A stretch of DNA of 64,000 bases. Origin: Candidatus Latescibacterota bacterium. GTDB taxonomy: Bacteria > Krumholzibacteriota > Krumholzibacteriia > Krumholzibacteriales > Krumholzibacteriaceae. Position 1 is the first letter of the stretch; each line of letters starts with the position of its first letter. The stretch is taken from contig JAHOYU010000110.1 of NCBI GenBank assembly GCA_019038625.1, positions 6,209 to 70,208 of the forward strand, read 5' to 3'. Positions 45,356-56,040 of this stretch are shown here, piece after piece. Below the pieces are notes generated by a model. The model was given only the letters and a program-made list of their open reading frames with translations, had not been told where the DNA came from and did not search any database. Made by a program: the position numbers and the translations under genes.

Positions 45356-47152
45356 TTGGTACGAATAAAGAATTTCAGCATTACAGCCCATATAGACCAT
45401 GGCAAATCCACTCTGGCTGACAGGCTGATCCAGAATTCTCACCTGGTCGATGAGAGAAGATTCAAGAACCAGATGCTTGATACGATGGATATCGAGCGTG
45501 AGCGCGGGATAACGATCAAGAGCCAGACAGTATGCCTGCCGTACCGCAGCAGGTCGGGGGAGGATTTTATCCTGAACCTTATCGATACTCCGGGGCATGT
45601 CGATTTCTCATACGAGGTATCAAGGGCGCTTGCGTCATGTGAGGGAGTCCTTCTTCTTGTCGATGCCAGCCAGGGAGTGGAAGCCCAGACCATGGCCAAT
45701 CTATATCTCGCGCTGGAACACGACTTGACCATCATTCCCGTTATCAACAAAATCGACCTTCCATCCGCCGACCCGGAGCGGGCGAAAGAGATGATCGAGG
45801 TGGAGCTGGGCCTCGATTCCGACAAGGCTATCCTGTGCAGCGCCAAGACGGGTTTTGGTGTGGAGGATGTCATGGAAGCTATTGTCGAGCAGATCCCTGA
45901 CCCCTCAGGCGATCCGAATTTACCTCTTCGTGCCCTGATATTCGACGCGCAATACGATGCGTTTCGTGGAGCAGTCATCAGCTGCCGCGTAGTAGATGGA
46001 TCGGTCAAAACTGGTGATACAATCAGACTGATGTCACTTGGGACGACACATAAGGTGGAGGAAGTAGGCGTCTTCAAGATCGATATGGAAAAGAGAAAGA
46101 GTCTGAGCGCTGGTGAGGTCGGATATATCATCGCCGGGATCAAGACGGTCAGTGATACAAGGATAGGTGATACGGTGGTCTTCGACGAGGATCCGATGCC
46201 TCCCGCTCTGGCCGGTTTCAAGGAAGTAAAGCCCGTAGTATTCTCTTCTATCTATCCGATTGATTCTGACGATAACGCGGCCCTGGCAGATGCTCTGGAA
46301 AAATATAAACTCAATGACGCGTCACTGACCTACCAGAGAGATTCATCAGCTGCTCTGGGGCACGGATTCAGGTGTGGATTCCTTGGGATGCTGCACCTCG
46401 AAGTGTTCCAGGAGAGACTGGACAGGGAATTCAACCAGGCAATAATCATGACTGCTCCGAGCGTGGAATACAAGTTCGTCCTCGCTAATGGAGAGGAAGT
46501 GGAAGTCGACAACCCCGAATACTATCCGGACCCGGCCATGATAGCGAAAGCCATGGAGCCATATATCAAGGCGACCATCATGATACCTGAAAAATACATG
46601 GGAGCCGTGATGCAGCTCTGTCTGGCCAGAAGGGGAGTCAACTCCCATTTTCATTATCCAACAGCCGGCAGGATAGAGGTCTTTTTCGAGATGCCGCTCG
46701 CCGAGGTCATCCATGATTTTTATGACAAGCTCAAGACGATCACTCAGGGATACGGATCGTTCGATTACGATCTTCTCGACTATCGGCAGGACGACCTGAT
46801 CAAGGTCGATATCCTTGTTAACAGCGAGAGGGTAGACGCACTCTCGATTATTGTCCATAAGGAGAGAGCCAGGACAAAAGCGAAACTGATGTGTGACCGT
46901 CTCAGAGAAGAGATTCCGAGACATATGTTCAAGATCGCGATCCAGGCTGCCGTGGGGGGAAAGATAATAGCCAGATCGACGATATCGGCCATGCGAAAGG
47001 ATGTCACCGCAAAATGTTACGGTGGTGATATCTCGAGAAAGAGAAAGCTCCTGGAGAAACAGGCCAAGGGCAAGAAACGAATGAAATCGGTCGGCAGAGT
47101 GATGATTCCCCAGGACGCCTTCGTGGCGGTCCTCAAGACCAATGAAGATTGA
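45356..47152 (+). CDS. lepA: Translation elongation factor 4 (LepA).
   Basis: The N-terminal G-domain reads IKNFSITAHIDHGKSTLADRL, with DTPGHVDF and NKID motifs. The roughly 600 aa length fits LepA. It starts with TTG after a GCAGGAG RBS. Confidence 0.95.
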   Translation: MVRIKNFSITAHIDHGKSTLADRLIQNSHLVDERRFKNQMLDTMDIERERGITIKSQTVCLPYRSRSGEDFILNLIDTPGHVDFSYEVSRALASCEGVLLLVDASQGVEAQTMANLYLALEHDLTIIPVINKIDLPSADPERAKEMIEVELGLDSDKAILCSAKTGFGVEDVMEAIVEQIPDPSGDPNLPLRALIFDAQYDAFRGAVISCRVVDGSVKTGDTIRLMSLGTTHKVEEVGVFKIDMEKRKSLSAGEVGYIIAGIKTVSDTRIGDTVVFDEDPMPPALAGFKEVKPVVFSSIYPIDSDDNAALADALEKYKLNDASLTYQRDSSAALGHGFRCGFLGMLHLEVFQERLDREFNQAIIMTAPSVEYKFVLANGEEVEVDNPEYYPDPAMIAKAMEPYIKATIMIPEKYMGAVMQLCLARRGVNSHFHYPTAGRIEVFFEMPLAEVIHDFYDKLKTITQGYGSFDYDLLDYRQDDLIKVDILVNSERVDALSIIVHKERARTKAKLMCDRLREEIPRHMFKIAIQAAVGGKIIARSTISAMRKDVTAKCYGGDISRKRKLLEKQAKGKKRMKSVGRVMIPQDAFVAVLKTNED

Positions 47153-48272
47153 TGGTTCGGCAGGCCTCTATATCCATATCCCTTTCTGTAAGACGAAATG
47201 TCCCTACTGTGATTTCTATTCGATAACATGCAACGATTCGCTGGCCGGTTATCCGGAGCTGTTGATCGGTGAGATGGAGATGTACAGGGATCGTTTCACT
47301 TCTTTTGACACGATCTACCTGGGTGGGGGCACCCCGTCTCTTATCGAGGGAGAGGCCCTGGCCGAAATACTCGAAAAAGTTCGATTGTCCTTTCACATAC
47401 CGGAAACAGCCGAGATAACTATTGAAGTAAATCCGGATGACATCGAGATCTCTCTGCTGGATGCCTGGAATAGGGCAGGTGTGAACCGGATCAGCCTCGG
47501 TATACAGTCCTTCGATGATCGGCATCTGAAGTTTCTCGGGCGCAGGCATGATGGGTCATCCTCTGTCTCGGCCATCGAAATGGCATCAGGTGCCGGCTTC
47601 GAAAATCTCGGGATCGACCTGATATTCGGATTTCATGGGCAGACAATGGATGACTGGAGAGATGCGCTCGAAAGAGCGGCGGGGATGAGGCCCTCCCACA
47701 TCTCCTGTTATCAGATGACGATCGAGCAGGGGACTTCGATGGGGCGGATGCTGAAAGAGGGTTCGATCATTTCTCCCGGCGAAGATATTCAGCATGACAT
47801 GTTTGCCCTGGCCTCTGAATTCCTCAGATCTAGAGGATATCTGCATTATGAGGTCTCGAATTTTGCTCTTGGTGAAAAAAATATTTCAGGACACAATTCC
47901 AGATACTGGGACCATACTCCGTATCTCGGCCTGGGTCCCTCTGCACATTCTTTCGACGGGAGATCGAGATGGTGGAATCACCGTGATCTTGATCTCTATT
48001 CCAGCATGGTCCTGAATGGGGAATCTCCAGTAGAGGGGAAGGAGGATCTCTCGAAAGAACAGTTACGACTCGAGAGGATCTATTTTGGATTCCGGACACT
48101 TCGCGGTAACGACCTCGATGATATCCAGAGCGGAAAAGGGGGTAAAGAAGTGATGGAGAAGCTATTGGCCGGGGCCCTGGTCACCGTTGAGAATGGTAGA
48201 GTGATACCTACGACTCGCGGTATGCTTTTTGCCGACAGACTCCCGGTCTTGATTGTCTCAGGCACCCTTTGA
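47142..48272 (+). CDS. hemW: Radical SAM heme chaperone HemW (HemN-like coproporphyrinogen oxidase family).
   Basis: It has the motif LYIHIPFCKTKCPYCDFYS (CxxxCxxC). It overlaps the lepA stop; lepA-hemW is a conserved gene pair. Confidence 0.9.
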   Translation: MKIDGSAGLYIHIPFCKTKCPYCDFYSITCNDSLAGYPELLIGEMEMYRDRFTSFDTIYLGGGTPSLIEGEALAEILEKVRLSFHIPETAEITIEVNPDDIEISLLDAWNRAGVNRISLGIQSFDDRHLKFLGRRHDGSSSVSAIEMASGAGFENLGIDLIFGFHGQTMDDWRDALERAAGMRPSHISCYQMTIEQGTSMGRMLKEGSIISPGEDIQHDMFALASEFLRSRGYLHYEVSNFALGEKNISGHNSRYWDHTPYLGLGPSAHSFDGRSRWWNHRDLDLYSSMVLNGESPVEGKEDLSKEQLRLERIYFGFRTLRGNDLDDIQSGKGGKEVMEKLLAGALVTVENGRVIPTTRGMLFADRLPVLIVSGTL

Positions 48273-48341
48273 ACTCATCTTTCGGATCATGGAAGCATTC
48301 CAGGGGGCAGAATACTCCCGCGGCTTCTCCAGACATGACAC

Positions 48342-50360
48342 TTACCTGAGTAGCACCATCTTGCGATTGATAGTCCCGGTGCCGGAAGTCAGCCTGTAGA
48401 AATAGACTCCCGAATTCACTTTCGAACCATCGTCCGCCAGGCCCTTCCATGACAGTGTATGATACCCTGCCGGGAAATATCCGCTGGCCAGCTTTCTGAC
48501 GAGTCTTCCATTTACATCGAAGATATCGAGCGTGATCCTGCCTTCTGCTTCCAGTCCGAATTCTATCGTGGTCACGGGATTGAAGGGATTGGGGATGTTC
48601 TGTCCGAGAAATGGCATCAGGGGCGCTTCATCCGAGCCGGTCAGGTTGAGTTCCACATCGCAGAGGATCCAGTGGTCCGGATCGATCTCGACCGATGTTA
48701 CCGGGTCGAAGGTAATGATTGCGAACGATTCCTGCGATTCGTCGATCCAGAGGATCGTATCGATGACCCCTGAGGTGGTAGTGATCCTCATGTCCACCGG
48801 CATCATATAGGGAATAGCCTGAGTCTGTGTTATCGCGCAGGAGAGATGAGTCTCTCCGCCCGCTTCGAATACATTCCAGGTGAGGGAATAGACAGGCCGG
48901 TCCTCCCGAGTCAGCCACTGGTCGAAGAACCATGACAGAGACGCGTCGTAATGGTCTTCGTATACCTGCCTCATGTCGTCGGTGTCGGCGTATGAGAATC
49001 TGTATCGGGAGTCTTCGAGATATGCCTGTGTCGCCGTGAAGAATGTGCCGTCTCCGAGGACATGTCTGAGCATGTGAAGTACCCACGCCCCCTTGTGATA
49101 GACGACAATGTTGAAATAATACCATGGGTCGTCATTATCAGGATCCCGCATCACCGGGCCGTCCCAGAGGTGAGGAGTATCTTTCGTCTCCATATAGCTT
49201 CGCAGTTTTACCGCACCCTCGATGTGTTCGAACCAGAGAGCTTCGCTGTAACTTGCCCAGCCCTCGTTGAGCCATATATTTACCCAGTCGCTGCATGTGA
49301 CCATATCCCCGAACCACTGGTGTGCCAGTTCATGTACCCATATATAATCGTATTTATGCGAGCCGAGTGTGAGGGCTGCTCCATAGCTGGTGAGGGTCTG
49401 GTGTTCCATCCCTCCCCCGATGGCACAGTGAGCGATACCGTACTTTTCATCGACAAATGGGTATAGGCCGAATATAGACGAAAAGAAGTCCAGAACAGGG
49501 ACCTGGATATTGAAATCCTCCGTGGCCTGAGCGATCTTGGACGGATAGACATAGTTTGTCACCATCATCGTCTCGCCCGGAGCGTATACCCACGGTTCTT
49601 CGAGGAGGACGTAATCGGAAGCCGTCACGCTGAAGAGATAATTTGCCATCGGGTAATTTTCTTTCCACTGAAAACGACGGTAAGGCGCCCCCCAATGGGT
49701 CGTATCGCTGACTCCGATAAACTCGCCGTTTGAGGTAGCTGTGAGAAGGGGATCTACCGCGAGCCTTATGTCGAACAGGGCCTTGTCGTCAGGATAGTCT
49801 TTGCAGGGGTACCATGTCCTTGCGCTCCAGGGCTCGCTGAGCGAATAGATCACCGGAGCCCCGTCGTACGATCTGAAGAATAGTCCGGGATGTGCCGCTC
49901 CTGCAGGATAGCCCTGATAATAGATATCGAGGCTGAATGGTTCGCCGGTGGCCAGAGGTCCCGGGAGTTCTATCTGGAGGATGCTTCCCCCGTTGACCCA
50001 GGACAGTTCGCCATATCCGGAAGCGGTGACCGACAGGATCTCAAGCACCGGGTCGGTGTCTATATCCATGGTCAGAAATCCATCCACGAGGCTTTCGAAT
50101 TCTATCCCGATGCGCCCTTCGACTCTCTGAAGAATATGGTCTATTGCTATATCGATATCGTATCGGATGACATCATACTCCAGTTGGCTGGGAGTAGGAT
50201 CGGGCATCATCAGCAACCCTCTCTCCATAGAGGCCGAGGCTCGTAAAAGATCCAACTGCTGGATGATATCTTCATGTATGATCTCGAACCGGTCCTGTGC
50301 TTCGGTGAGGGAGGGAGTCAGAACGGCCATCGACAGGAGAATGATTGCGAGGTTTCTCAT
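48342..50360 (-). CDS. M1 family zinc aminopeptidase with a T9SS C-terminal sorting domain.
   Basis: It has GGMEH (a GAMEN-like motif) and HELAHQWFGDMVT...(18)...NEGWASY (HEXXH-X18-E). The C-terminus (FLGQNIPNPFNPVTTIEF...IFDVNGRLVRKL...GVYFYRLTSGTGTINRKMVLLR) is a T9SS CTD. The start is taken at MRNLAIILLSMAV (signal peptide). Confidence 0.9.
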   Translation of the reverse strand: MRNLAIILLSMAVLTPSLTEAQDRFEIIHEDIIQQLDLLRASASMERGLLMMPDPTPSQLEYDVIRYDIDIAIDHILQRVEGRIGIEFESLVDGFLTMDIDTDPVLEILSVTASGYGELSWVNGGSILQIELPGPLATGEPFSLDIYYQGYPAGAAHPGLFFRSYDGAPVIYSLSEPWSARTWYPCKDYPDDKALFDIRLAVDPLLTATSNGEFIGVSDTTHWGAPYRRFQWKENYPMANYLFSVTASDYVLLEEPWVYAPGETMMVTNYVYPSKIAQATEDFNIQVPVLDFFSSIFGLYPFVDEKYGIAHCAIGGGMEHQTLTSYGAALTLGSHKYDYIWVHELAHQWFGDMVTCSDWVNIWLNEGWASYSEALWFEHIEGAVKLRSYMETKDTPHLWDGPVMRDPDNDDPWYYFNIVVYHKGAWVLHMLRHVLGDGTFFTATQAYLEDSRYRFSYADTDDMRQVYEDHYDASLSWFFDQWLTREDRPVYSLTWNVFEAGGETHLSCAITQTQAIPYMMPVDMRITTTSGVIDTILWIDESQESFAIITFDPVTSVEIDPDHWILCDVELNLTGSDEAPLMPFLGQNIPNPFNPVTTIEFGLEAEGRITLDIFDVNGRLVRKLASGYFPAGYHTLSWKGLADDGSKVNSGVYFYRLTSGTGTINRKMVLLR

Positions 50361-50512
50361 CGTAGTAATTCCTTCCATGACTATAAGTTGCACTACAATG
50401 ATAGCATATGACAGCTCTTCTGGCAAGGGAGCGCGTGATCACCCGTTCTCTGCTGATATCTCTTGCGTGCAAGGCTCTTCATCTGTAAAGTAATGGGAGA
50501 CAGGAAAGTACG

Positions 50513-52399
50513 ATGAAACAATACAAAGAGCATACATTCAAACCGGTTAAGATCATCCTTCCCGCTATTTTTGTAGTAGCGGCGGTAATCAGGGTCCTGT
50601 TCATAATTCAGCTCGAGAGATCCGATATCGGGGCGGTCCTGCCGCTGGATATGATGTTTTACCGGGAACTTGCCTCAAGGATATCTTCCGGGGCCGGTAT
50701 TCCCGGAGGGGCGATCTCGTTCAACCCGCTTTATCCGGTTTTTCTCGCCGCTGTCTACAAGCTGTTCGGCGATGCGATGATATGGGTCAGGATATTGCAG
50801 TCGATCACAGGCCTCCTGACAATAGCACTCATATATGCGGCAGGGAGAAGGTTTGCTCTCAATATCGATGACCAGAGGATCGATCCGCGGATCACAGGAC
50901 TGGTCGCTGCTTCCGTCTCGGCGCTGTATCCGCAATTCCTGCTGTACGAGGGCAGTCTTCTTGCTACAACTCTGGTGATCTTCATCTTTACAGCCTCATT
51001 CCTCCTGGCCCTGATCGTCGACAGGCCGATCGTCGATGGAAAGGTCCCCGTCATCGCCGGTCGAGAGGTCCCTCTCTGGATATGCTGTCTTCTGTTGGGA
51101 CTGCTCATTGGCGCTGGAACGTTAGGAAGGCCGAATATTTTCCTTCTTCTCGTGCCCGCGATTCCTCTCTGGCTCTATTTCCGTTCAGGGAGGCGTGCAA
51201 GAGGGTTGATCACAGGAATAGTATGCCTGGCCGGAGTAGTCACGATGCTTCTACCTCCTGTCATCTATAACGCGTCTCAGACAGGGCAGTTCGTGCCTGT
51301 ATCCACGCACGGAGGAATAAATTTCTATATTGGTAACAGGTCGGGGGCCACGGGCATATACAGCCCGCCTGAAGGAATGCGATCGGATATGAGGGGGCTG
51401 ATCGAGGATGCCAGAGTGGTCGCCGAGAGAGAATCGGGAACGAGCTTGACCGATTCCGAAGCCTCTGACTACTGGATGGCCCGGGCCAGACAGTCTATAT
51501 CCAGCGCCCCTGCCGCCTGGATGAGACTCCTCGGGAGGAAGCTGCTCCTTTTCTGGAACGGTACAGAAGTGTCCGACATAGTGGAGCTTTCGATATTCAA
51601 GCGGGAGTGTTCGACTCTCCATTCCGCCATAGTTCCTTTCAGCCTGATATCCGCGTTCGCCCTTCCAGGACTGATCCTTGTCTTTCTGTTGAGGAAAGGC
51701 AGGTGGGTGACCGGTATTTTTGCGGGCGCAGCCATAGCCTCTATCCTTCTCTTCTATATAAATGCCAGGTACCGTATACCTTCTGTTCCTGTCCTGATCG
51801 TTCTCGGTGCTGTCTTTCTGGTTTGGACCATCGGTACGCTGCGGGCGAGGGAATGGAAGAGGGGTGTGGTGGCAATCGCTTCTGTAGCCGCTGTTTTCCT
51901 CTTCATATCCAGTCGTGATCTGGTCTTTGTGGACAAGAGTGCCGCATATACTTTTCTTGGAAATCATTTCATGCAGAATGGAGAAATTGAAAAAGGGGAA
52001 AAGGCCTTTGCCGAAGCGTACAGACTCGCCCCGCGACTGGTGATGACCAATATTAATTACGGCAGGGTCCTGCTGCAAAAGGGAAAGCTGGAGGAATCCC
52101 GCTCGTTGTACGACCGGGCTTACAGGATACAACCTGATTTTCCCATGCTTGCCATCGAGTACGGTTCCCTTCTCGATCAGATGGGTATGAAGGAGGAGGC
52201 TGCAGCGATGTATCTGCGTGCCGTGGAACTGGGGCGCGACAGAGATACTCTGCTGGCCTGCCAGTTGCTTTCCCGTTCGGCTTACGAGGCGGGCAGGCTG
52301 GAAGAGTCGGCTTCCTGGATCAGAAAGGCACTCGAGATAGCGCCCGGGGACGAAAGGCTCAGGGGCCTTCTCCTGATGCTCGAACAGAAGGAACCTTAA
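50513..52399 (+). CDS. Polytopic membrane protein with a GT-C/PMT(GT39)/DUF2723-like N-terminal domain and C-terminal TPR repeats.
   Basis: The N-terminus has about 10 TM helices (IILPAIFVVAAVIRVLFII...). The C-terminal roughly 170 aa are TPR-like (NHFMQNGEIEKGEKAFAEAYRLAP...). Confidence 0.6.
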   Translation: MKQYKEHTFKPVKIILPAIFVVAAVIRVLFIIQLERSDIGAVLPLDMMFYRELASRISSGAGIPGGAISFNPLYPVFLAAVYKLFGDAMIWVRILQSITGLLTIALIYAAGRRFALNIDDQRIDPRITGLVAASVSALYPQFLLYEGSLLATTLVIFIFTASFLLALIVDRPIVDGKVPVIAGREVPLWICCLLLGLLIGAGTLGRPNIFLLLVPAIPLWLYFRSGRRARGLITGIVCLAGVVTMLLPPVIYNASQTGQFVPVSTHGGINFYIGNRSGATGIYSPPEGMRSDMRGLIEDARVVAERESGTSLTDSEASDYWMARARQSISSAPAAWMRLLGRKLLLFWNGTEVSDIVELSIFKRECSTLHSAIVPFSLISAFALPGLILVFLLRKGRWVTGIFAGAAIASILLFYINARYRIPSVPVLIVLGAVFLVWTIGTLRAREWKRGVVAIASVAAVFLFISSRDLVFVDKSAAYTFLGNHFMQNGEIEKGEKAFAEAYRLAPRLVMTNINYGRVLLQKGKLEESRSLYDRAYRIQPDFPMLAIEYGSLLDQMGMKEEAAAMYLRAVELGRDRDTLLACQLLSRSAYEAGRLEESASWIRKALEIAPGDERLRGLLLMLEQKEP

Positions 52400-52411
52400 A
52401 TCGTTTTAACC

Positions 52412-53632
52412 TTGCCGGGATCTGCGGACAGTGATAAAGTCCCGTTCACGGGAACATCCCGGGAAGGGCTTCTGCGACAGGATCTGAATATGCTTGCCAT
52501 CATATCTGTTATTCTCAGGCACAAGAAAACCGTTATCATCGTCACCCTGTCCGGCCTGGTCATCTCCGCAGTGATCAGTTTATTGATACCTCCGAAGTTT
52601 ATTGCAAGAGGCGCCTTTCTTCCCACTGGGGTCGAAAAGGAACTTACCGGTGGTGGTGATTTCTTTTCGGGCCTCGGATCTATCGGCGAGACCTACGCGA
52701 CTTTCGCCAGGGTAAAAAGGAATTATGTCATTGAATATATCGTCAGAAGCCGGAAGATGTGCGACCTCATCTCGAAGCGGTTTGACCTGGAATCGATCTA
52801 CCGGGTCGACGGAGCTGCCCGGGCGCACAAAAAACTGAGCGAACATACAGGGATGATCATACTGAACGAAGGCGTCCTCATAATCTCGTTCGAGGATTCG
52901 GACCCGGTCAGGGCAAGGGACATTGTTTCGGCGTATTTTGAGTTTATAGACAAGCTTCTTATGGAATTTGCGATGGAAAATGCCAAGTCGAAACGTGATT
53001 TTCTCGAAGCTGAAAAAGCCAGGCGGGAGAAGATGATCGAGGACATGGACGACAGGCTCGCCCGGTTTATGAAGGAGCGCGGTGTCTTCGAAGTGCAGCA
53101 GCAGGCCAGGGCCGCATACAGGGTCATAGCGGGACTCGCCGCCCGTGAAACAATGATAGAAATAGAAAAGACGATGCTCGAGATGACGATGAAGGAGACA
53201 AACCCGGAACTGGAAAGACTGGAACTCGAACTTGACGCGGTTAGAGCGAGAGTCTCTGATCTTGTCGAGGGTGACGGTGGCGGAGAGCTTTTCCCGCCTC
53301 TTGACGAACTTCAGAATGTCTCATCGGAGTATCTTGGCATGATGAGTGAAAGGATCGTACATGAATTTGCCCTCGCATTCGTAAATCTCAAGCTGGAGGA
53401 TGCCAGGATTGCCGAGGACAGCGATGTTAGTGTTATCAGGATAATCGATCCACCGGTTGTGCCCGAACTGAGGTCGTGGCCGAAGAGAAAGCAGATCGTA
53501 ATTGTCGGGACAGCGGCGGCCTTTTTCTGGATATGTTTCATATTGTTACTGAGACAGCAGATAAAGGCCGGACGATTCTCCGACACGAAAGATGAATCCG
53601 GGGCGGACGCCTCTGTTCCGGATCCCCTGTAA
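52412..53632 (+). CDS. Wzz/PCP-like polysaccharide chain-length determinant family protein.
   Basis: It has an N-terminal TM (IIVTLSGLVISAVISLLIPPKF), a long coiled-coil periplasmic region and a C-terminal TM (IVIVGTAAAFFWICFILLL). The start is uncertain (TTG at 52412 or ATG at 52490). Confidence 0.6.
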   Translation: MPGSADSDKVPFTGTSREGLLRQDLNMLAIISVILRHKKTVIIVTLSGLVISAVISLLIPPKFIARGAFLPTGVEKELTGGGDFFSGLGSIGETYATFARVKRNYVIEYIVRSRKMCDLISKRFDLESIYRVDGAARAHKKLSEHTGMIILNEGVLIISFEDSDPVRARDIVSAYFEFIDKLLMEFAMENAKSKRDFLEAEKARREKMIEDMDDRLARFMKERGVFEVQQQARAAYRVIAGLAARETMIEIEKTMLEMTMKETNPELERLELELDAVRARVSDLVEGDGGGELFPPLDELQNVSSEYLGMMSERIVHEFALAFVNLKLEDARIAEDSDVSVIRIIDPPVVPELRSWPKRKQIVIVGTAAAFFWICFILLLRQQIKAGRFSDTKDESGADASVPDPL

Positions 53633-53647
53633 TGGGAGAGGGAAAAG

Positions 53648-55033
53648 TTGAGATTCGAGATCTTCGGTGAACCGGTTCATAAGGTCAGGCTGGCTCTTGC
53701 ACTCTTTGTATTGACCGTATTCGCCGCCGCCGTAATTATTTTGATGCCGCGTGGGCTGGTCAGGCTCGCTTTTGTCGGTATCTTCACTCTTCCGATCCTG
53801 ATCCTGTTTTTCGACCACCCGGAGTGGACGCTCTACGTCCTTCTCGGCCTGTTGTTTTCCAACATCTTTATCTTTTTTCATTTTCCACTCGTGCGCATGG
53901 CGGCCCTGTTTCTAATATCTTCCTGGGGCCTGTCCGTGTTAATGGGAAGGAGGATCGTCATTCATGACAGGAGGATGTTTTTCCTCACTACAGCTTTCCT
54001 CATCCTATCCTTTCAGTCGATGATCTTCGCGAGGAATATCGCCAGTTCTATTAATCGTATGGACAATTTTCTGACTACTCTCGTCACTCTTTTTTTAATC
54101 ATACAATTCTCGAGGTCCAGGAACGAATTCTTCAAAGTATTGTTCGTGATATCCCTTGGCTGTCTGGTAAGTAATTTTCTGCCTTTTCTGGTGCCCCCTC
54201 CTGAGAAGTACGCAGACCTGTCATTAATATGGGGTCAGGCGGTATTGAGGTATGAAGGATATCTCAGGGAACCGAATATGTTTGCGTTTTCCCTGACCTT
54301 TCTTATCCCGATCCTGTTCATCCTTTTTGCCAGGCTAAAAAGGCCGTGGTTCGCGAGACCGGTTGTCGCTGTCGCGACGGTAGGAACGATATTCGTAATG
54401 GCGCTGAGTTTTTCAAGAGGAGCGTTCGTCGCTCTGGCAGCCATGTTCCTTACGCTCCTTATCGTGGAACGCCGTAACAGATCGATTCTGTTTGCCGGGC
54501 TGGCCATGATAGTGGCTGGAGCGCTGTTGGCTCCGGCAGCATACTGGGAACGGATAGCGTCTCTCGTGGAAATCGGGAATAGTATGACTGAGGACACCGC
54601 TATCATTTCGCGGATATATACAATGAAGATCGCCCTCATCCTTGGGATCAGGAACCCTTTGTTTGGGGTCGGATTAGAGAATTTTCTGTTTCATGCCTCA
54701 AGGTTCACCTCGTTCGGAAATTTTGTGCATAACAGCATCCTGCAGGTCTTTTCTGATCTGGGGATTCCAGCGCTCATCGTCTATTTCTGGATAATGATCT
54801 ACAACCTGAGAGTGACCAGGGGGTTGATGAATCTCGGGGGAGATCCTGAAGCTGCCCAGATAGGAAGATTGTTGTTCGTGCAGCAGGTAGGGGTGCTTAT
54901 AAATTCGATGTTCATCCCTGTGTCCCACCACATGATCCTCTGGTTGACGATGTTACTTCCCACGATGGCCTGGTACGCATGTACAGGGAGACAATTCACT
55001 CCTCTGAAAAAATCGCTGCATCAAAGAAATTAA
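53648..55033 (+). CDS. O-antigen ligase/polymerase-like (Wzy_C family) polytopic membrane protein.
   Basis: It has about 10-12 TM helices. A Wzy_C-like segment is present (FSRGAFVALAAMFLTLLIV). The start is uncertain (TTG). Confidence 0.5.
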   Translation: MRFEIFGEPVHKVRLALALFVLTVFAAAVIILMPRGLVRLAFVGIFTLPILILFFDHPEWTLYVLLGLLFSNIFIFFHFPLVRMAALFLISSWGLSVLMGRRIVIHDRRMFFLTTAFLILSFQSMIFARNIASSINRMDNFLTTLVTLFLIIQFSRSRNEFFKVLFVISLGCLVSNFLPFLVPPPEKYADLSLIWGQAVLRYEGYLREPNMFAFSLTFLIPILFILFARLKRPWFARPVVAVATVGTIFVMALSFSRGAFVALAAMFLTLLIVERRNRSILFAGLAMIVAGALLAPAAYWERIASLVEIGNSMTEDTAIISRIYTMKIALILGIRNPLFGVGLENFLFHASRFTSFGNFVHNSILQVFSDLGIPALIVYFWIMIYNLRVTRGLMNLGGDPEAAQIGRLLFVQQVGVLINSMFIPVSHHMILWLTMLLPTMAWYACTGRQFTPLKKSLHQRN

Positions 55034-55096
55034 CGGTCTGAGCGGGAGTCAGAGTAAACGAGGCTGAAACTGTTAAGGGAACCATCGAGATCAAGG

Positions 55097-56038
55097 CTAG
55101 AACTGGTAGCTGAGCGATAGTCTGGTCTGCCTGCCAAACGCGTCTTCAGGGTCAAAAGTGAATGAGAGGGCTATATCTGTGGCCGCCAGGCTTGTGAGAA
55201 GTCCGAAACTCGTTATCGTCCGGGAATAATTTACCAGTCTCGCATCGATACCGCCAAGGATTGACAAGGTGCCTTCGACGATCACTATCTCGGAACCGAG
55301 AAGGACCCTGTTCATTTCTCCGGCTTTCGTTACTATGTCTCCCTCGACCGATACGCGACCGAAAAGGTCTTCCAGTGACAGTGCGAGATTGATCGAAGAG
55401 TCAAGCTCTTCATCGATCTCCGGATAATGTATAATGCTGCTGGTATTCCTGGCGACCAGTCCGAACCATAAGTTGCGATACAGTCGAGTCGTCCATCCGA
55501 AATCATATGCCATCCCCCAGGAATCGGCATCGTCAAGATCGGTCCAGCTTCTCATGAATCTGACGGTAGCTCCGATGCTGTTGAAATGATTAAGGCTGAA
55601 TGCCATCGAGAATCCGGCCGTTCCTTCGTTCCAGGCCGATCCACCAGCCAGTTTCAACCCCAGATGGGATATCGAAACGGCGGCAGCCAGCCTTTTGACC
55701 TCTATTGTTCCATCGGGCGACGTTCTGGTGTCCATGAAGCCGGTACCGACTGTTATAATGCTGTAAAGGTTGTCAAGGCCGGGGACCGGCCTCGTCACAC
55801 CTGCTGTCAATCTCGTCGAGCGAAGGAAAACCAGATTGGCGGGATTGTAATATGCTGCCCCGTCGTCCCTGGCGAGAAGGGTGGCAGCTCCGCCGAGCGC
55901 TTCACCCCGAGCGTCCCAACCCATCGGGAGAAATGTTCCGCCTCGGGAGCCCTCGGTCGCCGATACCATAACTGAAAACAATGGCACCAGGACAGCTGCG
56001 ATAATGAATGAAGTTATTTTTCTTTTACAGGTCATCAC
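55097..56038 (-). CDS. Putative outer-membrane beta-barrel protein, possibly T9SS-associated (PorQ/PorP-like; tentative).
   Basis: It has a signal peptide and alternating amphipathic beta-strand pattern. The C-terminus ends in ...LSLSYQF, an aromatic residue typical of OMPs. It lies immediately upstream of a T9SS-CTD Ig-like protein gene. Confidence 0.4.
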   Translation of the reverse strand: MMTCKRKITSFIIAAVLVPLFSVMVSATEGSRGGTFLPMGWDARGEALGGAATLLARDDGAAYYNPANLVFLRSTRLTAGVTRPVPGLDNLYSIITVGTGFMDTRTSPDGTIEVKRLAAAVSISHLGLKLAGGSAWNEGTAGFSMAFSLNHFNSIGATVRFMRSWTDLDDADSWGMAYDFGWTTRLYRNLWFGLVARNTSSIIHYPEIDEELDSSINLALSLEDLFGRVSVEGDIVTKAGEMNRVLLGSEIVIVEGTLSILGGIDARLVNYSRTITSFGLLTSLAATDIALSFTFDPEDAFGRQTRLSLSYQF

Positions 56039-56040
56039 AG

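Noticed and set aside
51251-52132. A 293-aa minus-strand ORF inside the GT-C/TPR membrane-protein gene.
   Set aside because: It is a shadow ORF. The plus-strand frame has a coherent TM and TPR architecture.
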